Below are positions 21,976 to 39,996 of a stretch of DNA of 64,000 bases, piece by piece. Position numbers and translations under genes: made by a program. Numbering within the stretch: the stretch's first letter is position 1; each line of letters begins with the position of its first letter. The notes under the pieces were generated by a model. It was given only the letters and a program-made list of their open reading frames with translations. It had not been told where the DNA came from and searched no databases. The DNA is taken from the NCBI GenBank assembly GCA_964016885.1, contig OZ024743.1:88598001-88662000 (forward strand), given 5' to 3'. This stretch comes from Eledone cirrhosa. Taxonomy: Eukaryota.

Positions 21976-22984
21976 GAACTTCGTATAGAAGGAGGATATT
22001 GGGGGTACCTTTTATATTTTCAACCTCGAAAGAATAAAATCAAAGTTGATCTTGGTGCGATTTGAACTCAGAGCGGTTAGAGTCAGAACGAATACTGCAA
22101 AGCATTCTATCCAATGTTCTAACGGCTCTGCTATTTCCTTGCCTGTTATTTATACATACGCTGCTTATTGTTTTTCTTATTTTAATGAAGTACAAATAGA
22201 AACTGTTGTCACGTTAGGCAGAGTTATGTCCCTTCCTATCGAGCGGAACATAACAATGGCATGCCAGTTCTGGGGGTTAGGCAGTATAGGGAAGAATTTT
22301 TTTGGGGGTGGTTAAGATAGGGATTAAAGTGGGTGAAGGGAAGTGAATTATATGGGGGTTAGAGTAATAGACCAAAGGTCAGTAGGAAGCAGTTATGTGT
22401 TAAAATGGGAAGTGTGGGGGAGCAAGAGAGAGGGACTCAACATGTAAAAAGCATGTTATCATCATCGACTAACATATACACCAGGTCCGAACACAATGGA
22501 ACCAAACTCCCACTCTATTATAAGCAAATGGGGGCTCACATGCTGGCCCCGGTGGACAGAATAGAGAAGGCGTTTCCCTGGAGGATGTAGTGGGTAAGTA
22601 AATAAAAATTCACCTATTAGTTGTGTGGCTTTTCATTGTTCTTCTGTTGTAATCTGGAAGATTTGTGAAGCAGATGTACCTCCCAAGTATCATCATCGTT
22701 ATTTACACGCTTGCATGGATTAGACTGGTCCTTCTCAGCACATCTCTTTAAGTCTCAGCAATTTGAGGTAAGCTCTCACCACCTCTACTCAGTCTTTCTT
22801 GGTCTATCTCTATTACAGCTTCCTTTCACTGGCATTTAGACAGTATTTTGGTAGATGGTCGGCAAGAACCACAGCACCCACCTCCATTTCAGTTTAGGTT
22901 GCTTTGGTAACTAAACTGCTAGTTGCCCAAGCAACTGAGTAATGTGTCAATTTCTATGTACATTTTTATTATTACACCCATTTC

Positions 22985-23420
22985 TAGAGTGGTGAATTGG
23001 CAGTATCAATAGAACATTGGACACCATGCTTCGCGGCAGAGTTATAGCCCTTTGCGTTCCGATTTTAAATGTAGGTGAGGTTAGATTTGCCTTTCATCCT
23101 TACAGGGCCAGTAAAATTAAGTGCCAGTAATGCACCGGGGTCAATTTAATCGAAATTACCCTCCCCAAAATTGTTGACCTTGTGCCTAACAAAAACCATT
23201 ATTACAACCATCACTGAGAGCAGTGGATTGGCATAGTCATTCGAGTGTTGGACAAATGCGTAGCAGTATTTTTCTGGGCCTTTACATTCTGAGTTCAAAT
23301 CCTGCCAAGGTCAACTTTTATTTTCATGTTTTTGTGGTCAATAAAGTTAGTCAAATACTCTGGTTGATTTAATCAACGTCCTCTCCCCTCTAAATTACTG
23401 GCCTTGCGTCTAAATTAGGC
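22985..23420 (+). mobile_element. Two tandem Nin/Deu-domain-like SINE copies
   Basis: Contain ttgcctttcatcc...ggtc.ataaa...agtaccag, also seen near 22030 (-), 28720-28900, 30580-30735 (-) and 34060-34250. Confidence 0.6.
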
Positions 23421-24334
23421 TAGGGAAACCACATAACATTTGAAGCCGATATTCGTTTAAAAAACATCAAAAAACAAATTTCACTTTCAAAATTCTAACC
23501 AAACCTATCAACTAAATAACCCTAAAAAAAAAAAAAAAAATATTACATTACTAAATTCTCCTGTGCATCTGTTCCATACAAAGTCTACTTTCCTTGTTAA
23601 CCTGTCTATAATTCCACTGCATCCATAGTTTACGCTGGATGTTCAGAATTGAATGTCTATGTACTGCATGTATCATGCTTTTTAGGGTTCACTGTATCCC
23701 TACTTGTCATATAGAGTAACTAAAATGGTTGATATCAGGACGGGCATCCATCCTTAAAACACTCCCTCAAAAGACAGGCCTGACTGGAAGAAAAAGGACA
23801 GCAAAGAAAAATATTAAAGAGCTAAAAAAGAATCTGAAAAGTTTGCCAATGTTCTGCGACAGAGGATCAGGGGTATGGAGTGTTTCATATGGTAAAGCAG
23901 TGTGAATAAAGATGTTGGGGAGAAAGTTTGTTCAGAATGATTCCAGTGCATTTAGTCTCACTAATGCTAAGAAGCTTGGAAATGTTACTATGAGGGGTTA
24001 CTGAAAGTAGAAAGGGGGATTGCTCCCAGTAGACTCAATATACCACCAGTTGTATCAGATGACAATGCCAATGTTTAGATCCCTGGCCTGCCTGGGAGAT
24101 CAATGGCTCCGCTTCAGTACTGACTTGGCTGATATGGACCTGTTCAACCCATGCTAGCAGGGAAAGTGGGCGTTAAAATGATGATATCCTCATTATCATT
24201 GAACGTCTATCTTCCATGCTAGCATGGGTTAGACATATATGGTACCCCTGAAAAATTCATGTTATAGTCAACAATGCATAACATATCTGTTGCAGTGACC
24301 AATACAAAAGGCATCTGTTAAAGCACATCAACAA

Positions 24335-24392
24335 CACAACTTTAATTCTTCCAAACTGTTTATTTATTCATAAATCAGCTGCTACACTCCAC
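24335..24392 (-). other. RPS3: RPS3 terminal non-coding exon with AATAAA poly(A) signal
   Basis: GTATGT donor 4 nt after the stop (24479), pyrimidine-rich ttttccag acceptor at 24393-24400, and AATAAA near 24363-24368. Confidence 0.7.
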
Positions 24393-24483
24393 CTGGAAAA
24401 GACAGAAAGTACACATCAGTCACAATATCTAGAATAATATTAGAACATACAAATGATAAACTAAGGAAACAATACATACTTTT

Positions 24484-29931
<5,448 letters not shown>

Positions 29932-30227
29932 CTTCTCAATGTAAAGCCTAAAAGAATACACCGGTGTTAATTAGTGCCGGACTAAATCTCACTTCAGTTA
30001 TTATTTATGTTATAAATTCTTTAAAAAAATAATTAATTTTAATTAGGAATATAAAAAAGGGATTTAACATTTAAAAAGAAATATTAAATATTAATATAAC
30101 TAAAAAAAGATTTGCCTCTAAACTAATTGCCTGTAATTCAGTTCCGGTTGATGTCAAAGTTCGTAGGTCAATTATTGTTTGAATGAGATGTGACGACTAC
30201 TTTCATTTCTTCATTTCATAATCAGAG
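29932..30227. promoter_or_regulatory. Bidirectional promoter of RPS3 and the CTSO-like gene, with a TCT/5'TOP-like start near 29954
   Basis: Divergent ATGs are 297 bp apart. Minus-strand ttCTTTT lies about 20 nt upstream of the RPS3 ATG. The block 30129-30170 is conserved in the duplicate at 841-880. Confidence 0.75.
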
Positions 30228-30413
30228 ATGTCTTTTATCCCACCGACAGTTTTCTCGTATTTATTATGTGTTGCAGCTATTTACTGTACTGCCAGGAATG
30301 TACTACCATCAGAAGATGACTATTATTCTCTATTCAAGACATTTGTCAAGAAATACAACAAAACGTATATAAACGACACAGAGGAATTTAATCGTCGCTT
30401 TCTTATATTTAAG
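30228..30413 (+). CDS. CTSO: CTSO-like exon 1
   Basis: MSFIPPTVFSYLLCVAAIYCTA...FKTFVKKYNKTY...RRFLIFK, then GTAAGG. Confidence 0.9.
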
Positions 30414-33400
30414 GTAAGGCCGAAGAAAGTTGATATAGGAGAAGACATTGTTATGTATGTGTGTATGGATCTGTTACTCCTGATGGAGTCCTAGGAGGGT
30501 CGTAGTGACATACAGTGTTTTGGGAATTTAAAACCTGGTGGGGCTCAGGTCTGAAGACAGCCGATTTCTTACGGAGAAGGAGAAACAATCGACCTTAATA
30601 CTGGACTGGGACTTTTTATTTTATCGATCTCGAAAGATGAAAGGCAAAGTTAACCTCGGCTGGTTTTGAACTTAGAGCGCAGAGAGCCAGAACAAACACC
30701 GCAAAGCATTCTATCGATTCTGCCAGTTCGCCGCCTGTTTTACCTCACTACACACCATTATAAGATTGATTATAGTTTAGCGAAAGTTTTATTGGTGGCG
30801 ACGAGGCAACGGACAGATCAATATTGTATTCTTCGGTCATTTTATTATTATTAAATCCGTCTCGGGTAATTTTGTTTTTTAATTTTAATAGTAGTTAGAT
30901 GACAGGTTGGTTAGAATTTCAGAGATGAAATTTATATTTTTCTCTTTTTTAAAAATGTATTTTGAAGGAATAGGCCCTTCAAAAGTGTTGTAAATTACTC
31001 GCTTTCTGGGGTTTTCCTACTCGAGAATTCCATAACAGCCGTCTTGGAGATGGATGTAATAAAGATTTATCGAATAATGCAGTGTAACTATATTATTGTA
31101 GAATTTGTTTGAACATTAAGAAGATAGATCGATATTGATTGGCATTGACTAAACACACGTTAGACAATAACATATCGAACAATAGAGAGATTATCTTCTT
31201 CTTCTTCTTCTTGAGAGGGTCATGGGAGCAAAGTCCTCAAACACTTAGGATAATTCCTAAACTCCCCCCCACCAAAGGACCGCCAATATATAAATCAGGT
31301 CGATATGTTTACATATTTTCTTTGTATTGTCTCCTATCGATCTCCTCTCCCTCAATTTCCATACCGTCGTAGTTATTGATTTCTTTGTTTCATATTTGTG
31401 AGTCGTGGCCGATGTGGTGTCAATAAAATTTGTTCCATCTTAAGGGTAGTTAGTTGGTTAAATTTATAGAACACCCCTCACGTGGGAAATGATTATTTTT
31501 CCTCGGGTTTTTCGGGTGCTATTAACTAATCTGACCTCCGAACATGCCACAAAGGACTTTCTCTTCTGGTCTGTGTTTTATAAATAACAAAGGGAAACTT
31601 AACCGAGGGAAAAGCTTCCTCACACGCACATACACATACACCATTGCACTCAAACACACACATTCACAGGAAAACACACACACATACATACACACAGATG
31701 CACATACAAACACAAACACACTTGCAGAGACAGACAGACACACATATACACACAAACAGACAAACTCGCGTACGTACACACACACACACATGAACTTGCA
31801 TACAGACACATTCACATACGTACACACAGCCACAGTATCCTCTTTGTAGTTTAGCCTGGAGACACACTATAGTAGGTTTTATTAAAGCTGTTATTGTCAC
31901 TTGTTTTGACATGATTGTTAAAGCAAAAATCTTTGTTTTGATTAAATTTTCAATCCGTGGTACATATAGGTGTATGTGTACACACACATATATATATATA
32001 CGTACATGTATGTGTGTGTTGCTTCAATTGATAATTACATATATGTGTGTGTGTGTGTATGTATATATATATCTCCCCCCCCCTCTCTCTCTCTATATAT
32101 ATATATACACACATATTGATAACTACATATATGTGTGTATGTATATATATATCCCCCCCTCTCTCTCTCTCTATATATATATACACACATATTGATAACT
32201 ACATATATGTGTATGTGTGTAAGAATCTATCTCTATATATATAAGTACATGTGTGTGGGTGGGTGTGTTGCTGCTTCAGTTGATCCAGGTTCTGCTGCAC
32301 GTCGGGCTGAGGGGGGCCAAACTCCTCAAATACCGGTCGCTCTCCGACAGGTTTGCGGTCGTACCTCTGGCAGTGGAGACTTCTGGTGTCCTCGGCCCCA
32401 GCGCTACCTCCTTACTCACCACCATAGGAGCTGAGCTGGCCAGCCGCAGGTGTGAGCCCCGCGAGTTGGAGTGGCTCTTCCAGCGCGTCTCCCTCGTCGT
32501 CCTCCGGGGAAACGCCTTCTCCATTCTGTCCGCCGGGGCTGTGGGTGGACCCCATCGCGTACCGTTATAGTTGTTGTAGAAGAAACGGGTTCCACTTGTA
32601 TATAGAAGTAAATTAATGTCAAAGATTTAAAATTTTCTATGTGGCTGATAAATGATGTCTTCTCGTTAAAAAAAAGTAGAACAACTGCTAGGGGCGTAAC
32701 TCTATGCGTCAAAGCATGGCGTCCGACCCTCTACTGATACTGCCAATCCATTCTACTTTAAGCACAAGGCCAGTTTGATAATAATATATAAAGAATAGTG
32801 AATATTTGTGATATAAAAGCAATAAAAACACATGATTGTGTAAGTGAACTAATTCTCAGCAGATCTATTTTATATCTGTATAGAATAGTTGTAGCTTAGT
32901 TAACTCTTAACATCCTGTAAATGGTTTAGCAGAAAATATCTAAAAACAGGTATAAGTAAAATGTTTTTTGTATCTTTACTAGGGGGAAGATTATTGTGAA
33001 AATTTGCAATATTACAGTAAAGCAAGGTTGGTTTTAGACCTTAGGGCCCCTCGAACAAAAAAAAAAAAAATAGAATACTCAGCAAACCCCACAATTTTAC
33101 ATATCAAAGTTAGCTTGGTGCACGTAATTGGAATTGGAAAGTTATACATACAGGTATTAAATTCTAAAATTATAACCATCTTTAAACTAAAAAGCTCAGC
33201 TGTGGGTACAAATAAATTGTTACGGCCGTCGCTGGTGGGACCCCCACTGCAGGGGGCTCGGGACAAATGCCCCCTTTGCCCCCCCATTAAAATCCAGCTC
33301 TGGAGTAAATTAATAAATATGTGGAGGCACATGGCTTAATGGTTAGAGCATTGGGCTTGCAATCTAAAGGTTGTAAGTTCAAATCTCAACCCGGGTGATG

Positions 33401-36400
33401 TGTTGTTTCCTTGAGCAAGACACTTTATTTCACATTGCTCCAGTTTATTCAGCTGTAGAAATGAGATGATAGGACTGGTTCCCTATCATCCCACTGCAAG
33501 GTGGTCGTGGAGGTGCCACGGCAAAAAAACACCCAGCCCACACTGTAAAGTGGACGTGTAGGCGCCACGTAAAAAAAAAACTTACTGTAAATGAGGTTGG
33601 TGTTAGGAAGGGCATCCAGCTGTAGAAATCAAGCCAGAATCAGTTGCCGTCCCACCCTTGCAAGCAGGGAAAAGCGGACGCAAAATGAAATGATGATGAT
33701 AATATTCAAGTAGTGATTTGGTTTTTATTTCATTACCTATGTGATCAGGGCAAATTACTTACCAAAGGAATCATCACATCATCATTATCATAATAAACAC
33801 TGTTGCTCACTTGCACACCCGCAATATCTGGTCACAGACACATCAATCTCTCTTTGCGTATATTCTACGTTATAGTGATCACATCACGAAGCAATCTATA
33901 AGTGAACATGACAGTCGAACCAATCACCACAACATCAAACCAAATCATTTCTTGCTACAATCTAAATAACTTATATTAATCTAAATAACTTATATATGCT
34001 TATGTTACACTACACTACTGCTGTCAGTGTCACACAACACTACTATTTTCATGTCACATAACACTGGCAGTATTGGTAGAGGGTCGGACGCCATGCTTTG
34101 ATACATAGAGACATAGAGTTACGGCCCTTGCCATTCTGAGTTCAAATCCAGCCGAGGTTAACTTTGCCTTTCATCCTTACAGGGTCGATAAAATAAAGTA
34201 CCAGTGATGCACTGGGGTAATTGCTAGCCTTGTGCCAATAGTAGAAACAACTATTTCCATGTCACACAATACTACTATTTCCATGTCACCCAATAGAGTA
34301 CTATATGCCAGTGTCACACAACAAAGTACTATATGGCAGTGTCACACAACAAAGTACTATATGGCAGTATCACACCACAAAGTACTACATGCCAGTGTCA
34401 CACTACTCTATTATTGCCATGTCACACCACAAAGTACTATATGGCAGTGTCACACCACAAAGTACTACATGCCAGTGTCACACTACTCTATTATTGCCAT
34501 GTCACACCATAAAGTACTATATGCCAGTGTCACACCACAAAGTACTACATGCCAGTGTCACACTACTCTATTATTGCCATGTCACACCATAAAGTACTAT
34601 ATGCCAGTGTCACACCACAAAGTACTACATGCCTGTGTCACACTACTCTATTATTGCCATGTCACACCACAAAGTACTATATGGCAGTGTCACACCACAA
34701 AGTACTACATGCCAGTGTCACACTACTCTATTATTGCCATGTCACACCATAAAGTACTATATGCCAGTGTCACACTACTCTATTATTGCCATGTCACACC
34801 ATAAAGTACTATATGCCATTGTCACATAACAGAGTACTATACACTTATGTCACACCACACTATTATTGCCATGTCACACATCAGTGTATCATGCCACATT
34901 TGATGGACCTCCATCAGTTTCAATGATGACTGTTCCGGTTGTTCAATCATTGGAACAGCTGGCTTATGTAAGTGGCTGACTATTCCACAGACACATGTAC
35001 CCTTTACGTAATTCTCAGGGAGATTCAGCGAGACACAGTATGTGACAAAGCTGGATCTTTCAATTACAAGTATAGTCAATTTGATGGCTTCCAAACAATT
35101 TCTGTATACCCAATTTCAGTCTGGGTTGACCCGAAGTATGGGTTGACCCAAGGCTATGGAAAATGACACCCGTCCAAAATGCCACACTGAGGGAGTGAAC
35201 CTAGGACCTAAGGTTTGTGAAGTGAGTTTCTTAACCTTTTGACCAGTGAGGACTTGGTGCAGCACTAGAGAGGTTGTCTGACAGGACTTGAAGCTCCTCT
35301 CGACCCTGTATCAATTCTTAATCAGAGTATGGAGGCACATGGCTTAGTGGTTAGAGCATTGGCCTTGCAATCGAAAGGTTGTGAGTTCAATTCTCAGACC
35401 GAGTGATGTGTTGATTCCTTGGGCAAGACACTTTATTTCACATTGCTCCAGTTTACTCAGCTGTAAAAATGAGATGATAGGTACTGGGGTCCATATCATT
35501 CCACTGCAAAGTGGTCGTGGAGGTGCCACAGCAAAAAAGCACCCAGCACTCACTGTAAATGAGGTTGGTGTTAGGAAGGGCATCCAGCTGTAGAAATCAA
35601 GCCAGAATCAGTTCCCGTCCCACCCTTGCAAGCAGGGAAAAGGCGGACATAAAATGATGATGATGATGATGAGTAACAGCTCCCCTAGACAGGTTGCCTT
35701 CACTAATGTTTACGAAACTCATGGAAAAGTGCATGTAAAAGGATGATGATAATGATATTTATTTATTACATGTGTCTACCAGATTTCGTTTCTTTACCCT
35801 CTTCACTAACTTACAAGTAGATCAGCTGCTCTCATTAATAATAGACAAAACAAGATCATTGAAAATGTTTTGTTCACATTAATCACATGTCAGTTGCTCT
35901 ATAAAATAGCCATTTTAGAGGGGTGGCCTTATTCAAACTTAGGTTCATCACCACTATAATGTCTTGGGGCATGATGACCACATGATTATGGACACTCACC
36001 TACTATGCTCAATTTCCAGAATATTTTCTGGAATCATAGAGAACTTCTTAGATGTAGCAGGGACATAGCAATATATGTATGCCAAAGCACTCAGCCTACA
36101 CTGTAAAGTGGTTGTGTAGGTGTCATGGCAAAAAGCACCCAGTCCACACTGTAAAGTGGTCATGTAGGTGTCACATCAAAAAGCACCCAGTACTTACTGT
36201 AAATGAGGTTGGCGCGCGCTAGAAAGGGCATCCAGCTGTAGAAACCAAGCCAAAATTGGTTCTGTATGAGTATAACATGGTCACCTGACCTAGCATTGTT
36301 CATAACAGGACAACTCGTCTAACCTGTGCCAGCATGGAAAAATGAACATTAAAAGGTGATGGTGATGATTATGATGATATATATATATCATCATCCTCAT

Positions 36401-39400
36401 TTAACATCCATTTTTCCACACTAGCATGGGTTAGATGAGTTGTCCTGCTGTGAAACAAGCCATATCAGATGATTTTGTCTTGCTCATACAGAATTGTTTC
36501 TGGTTTAATTTCTATAGCTGGATGCGGTTCCAAATGCCAACCACATTTACAGTGTGTACTGGGTGTTTTTTGTTGTGACACCTACATGACCACTTTACAG
36601 TGTGGACTGTTCTGTATGAGCAAGACACGGTCATCTGATCTGGCTTGTCTCACTAATTGATGCTAGCGTGGGAAAATAGTGGTTAAATGGTGATGATGAT
36701 AATTGATGTTTCCTCTTTCTCTGCTTCTGCTGCCATTTCTAGCAAAATGTGAAAGAAGTATCAACTATGACAGTCTACTCTGATGGTGCAAAGTTTGGAA
36801 TCACAAAATTTTCAGATCTTACAGATAAGGAATTTTCAGGTGAGTTGTTCAGTTATAATTTTATCTGATGTCATCAGCAGTATGAATGGCAGAAGAGGAT
36901 AGGAATAGATCCAGTGGTGATGAGAGAAATGGAATGAGATGGCTGGGTCATGTGTTGAGGAAGGATGAAAGTAACTGGATGAGAAGGGTGGTGGGAGTAG
37001 ATCCAGTGATGATCCATAGATCCAGTGATGATCCATAGATCCAGTGATGGGGATAGAGAAACAGAAATGATTTTACCAATCCACAAAAGGGCTAGTGAAA
37101 CAAGTAATAAAAAAAATTAATCTCTGGATTCTTCCTAAAATGTTTCCCACCCTTGACTAATTATATGTTTGCTAAATGATTTAAGTACTTGGTTTATTCC
37201 AAAGGTTCTCAACGGGGGGCATATGCACCCCCAGAGGGCGTTTCGGAACTCCAGGGGGGTGTTTGGGAGCAAGGGAGCATTAGGGGGGCGTTTGGAGCTT
37301 TGGAGTGCACTGGAAGGCGCTTTACTTTGGTAAGTTTTATAAGCCATATTTGTATGTCTTTGAGACAGCCAGTGTGAATGCATTTGAATGAGCATGCAGA
37401 CAGCATAACTATAGTCTGGCCGCAGGTGTGCAGGCGTGTTTAGACATTACCCGGCAATTGAGATCCTAACAATGGAAAAACCCACAGTCAACTGGGTCAA
37501 GGACACTTCAAGCGCAGCCAGTTAGAATCTTGTCTTTCCTTCACCGATAACAATGTATTTCATGTCTCAAATTATTGACTCAACCGTAACGAGTTAACAC
37601 TATGTAGATCTATTTTATTTCCTATTGTATAAATAATATTACAAATAAAAAAAATAAACAAAAATCCCAGAAGCGGGTAGCACACACATCTAGGACCACA
37701 TACAACACATAATCAGATAAAACACACATCTAGGGCCACATACAACACATAAGCAGGTAATACACACATATAGGACCACATACAACACATAAGCAGGTAA
37801 TACAAACATCTAGGACCACATACAACACATAATCAGGTAATACAAACATCTAGGACCACATACAACACATAATCAGGTAATACATACATCTAGGACCACA
37901 TGCAATACATAGCAGGTAATACATACATCTAGGACTACCTACAACACACAGGCAGGTAATACATACATCTAGGACCAAATACAACACACATTGTATCATG
38001 TGCTACGGACCATGCAAGAGCAATGGTCGGCCAACATAAGGGTTTCGTCACTCTTCTGAAGAGAGAAAATCTATCTGTATTTGTTGTTCATTGTGTCATT
38101 CATTGACAACACTTGGCTGTGAAGAAACTCAGCAAGCCACTGAGCAAGTCCTTGCAGGTGGCCCATAATGTCATCAATTTTATCAACCGGCTTGTTCGAC
38201 TCTATCATTGAGTTTCTGAAAGGACGCAACACAGAACTGTACAAGAAAACCCTCGATATGAGGCAAAACTGCGCCTACCTCACCGACATCATTGACAAAT
38301 GCATTAGCGTCATTTTGGCTTTACAGGGGAAGAAGATCACCTTACTTAAACAAGGAATGCTGTGAAAACATTCCTGGCCAAATTGAATGTCATCGAAAGG
38401 AATCTTTGTTGACGGGAATTCTATAATTTTCCTAGTGTCGCCAATGTTCAAAACATTGTAAGTGATGACCAACTCCAAATGTATACCGCTCACCTCCGTG
38501 CGCTACAAGACAACATGAGAGAACGGTTTGTCGACCTTTTGCCGATGGACATCCCAATGTGGGTAGCAGATCCCTTCATAGCTAACGTCGATGATTTGGA
38601 CGTTATATTTCAGGAAGAATTCATTGAACTTCAAGCAGATGACATCATCAAAATTAGATTTCCCAAAATAGGTGAACCCCTTTTTTGGATGCAAGAGGAA
38701 ATTCAGCGTCGATTTCCACACCTACATGTAGAGGCTAAGAGATTTGCTCTGCCTTTTCCAAGCTCATACTTAGTCAAGAGGAGGTTTGATGCTGTTTCCA
38801 GACTGCACAGTAAGGCTCGCAACCGCTACAATGTAATTACATGTGGAGATTTCCGGCTACATCTTACGAAAATCCAGCCTGACATCAAAGAGTTAGCTAG
38901 ACTCCATGAAGTTCAAGGGTCCCATTCAAATGAGGTCAAAGTTAAAGTAAGTTGATTTATCTGAAAACTTGGATATGCTATTGTTACAAAGAAAACTAAC
39001 AATTTTTTTTATTTGTAGTTGCAGTCTGACTGGACTGGAAACCATCTACTACAATTCAATTACTCATTTGTTGTATATATTTTACCATTTACTAATAAAT
39101 ATACCCTCCCGCGTGGTCATGAAAACCCTCTTCCGTGGTCTCTAAGCAGAGGAGACATCAAGTTAGATATCAACATTTATTCTGTCTATTTCATTAAAGG
39201 GAAAATTGGAAAGCTTTGAAATGATATAATTGCCACTTTCTTCCAGATAAGAGCACTCTTTGGATAGAGTTGCTCTTGTTCAAAATAGCTGGTATCGCCT
39301 GGTGGGAATATAACAAATTCAACCGGTCCTTATTCATAAAAAAGAACATTTATGTTCCTTTTTTTTGAAATTTATATATTTCCTTTCAAGGAATGTATTT

Positions 39401-39912
39401 ATACTCTCAGCTGCCTGCAATGGTATCTTTGGAATATTGTTAATCAATTTTTTAGTAATCTACAGATATCAAAATCAGTAGTATATTGAAAAATGGAAAA
39501 ATAGGGTAGGGGGGCGTTTCGGGATTTTGAGGGACAAAACGGGGCGTTTGGCCTAAATGGGTTGAGAACCTGTGGTTTATTCAATCAACTTTGCCCTTCC
39601 TCAAAATTTGCTGTACCTAAATTTTAAATCATGTTTTCAAAACCAGTTAAAAAGAGATGGTCTTTCTAAATATTTGTTTATTTTGAATAATAAATGGTTG
39701 TTGTTTTCTCTCTCTACACAGATAAATACTTGAGTGGTTTCAAAGGCAAGAGACCTATTCTCAAGTTAAACAAACAAGCTACACATGTCAACACATCATT
39801 GAAGGATCTTCGTAAACTTAAAATCCCACCTTTTGTGGATTGGTAAGGTCATTTTTGTTTTCTTATATCGACCATAATAATACATCATGTATGTTTGTGT
39901 GTATGTGTGTGC

Positions 39913-39996
<84 letters not shown>

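Noticed and set aside
30548-30600. CTGAAGA-CAGCCG...CGG, resembling the start of a hammerhead
   Set aside because: Stem II is incomplete and no GAAA or stem III follows in register; it is cut by a SINE.
33323-33395. tRNA-like sequence with A and B boxes (also at 35331, 41700, 43438)
   Set aside because: It is the head of a SINE, continuing into a CORE-like body and LINE tail, with no proper acceptor stem.
34232-34829. Repetitive ORFs and a repeat array superficially like a CRISPR
   Set aside because: Tandem minisatellite with no unique spacers, no cas genes, in a eukaryotic intron. The same applies to the arrays at 37680, 56080 and 62040.
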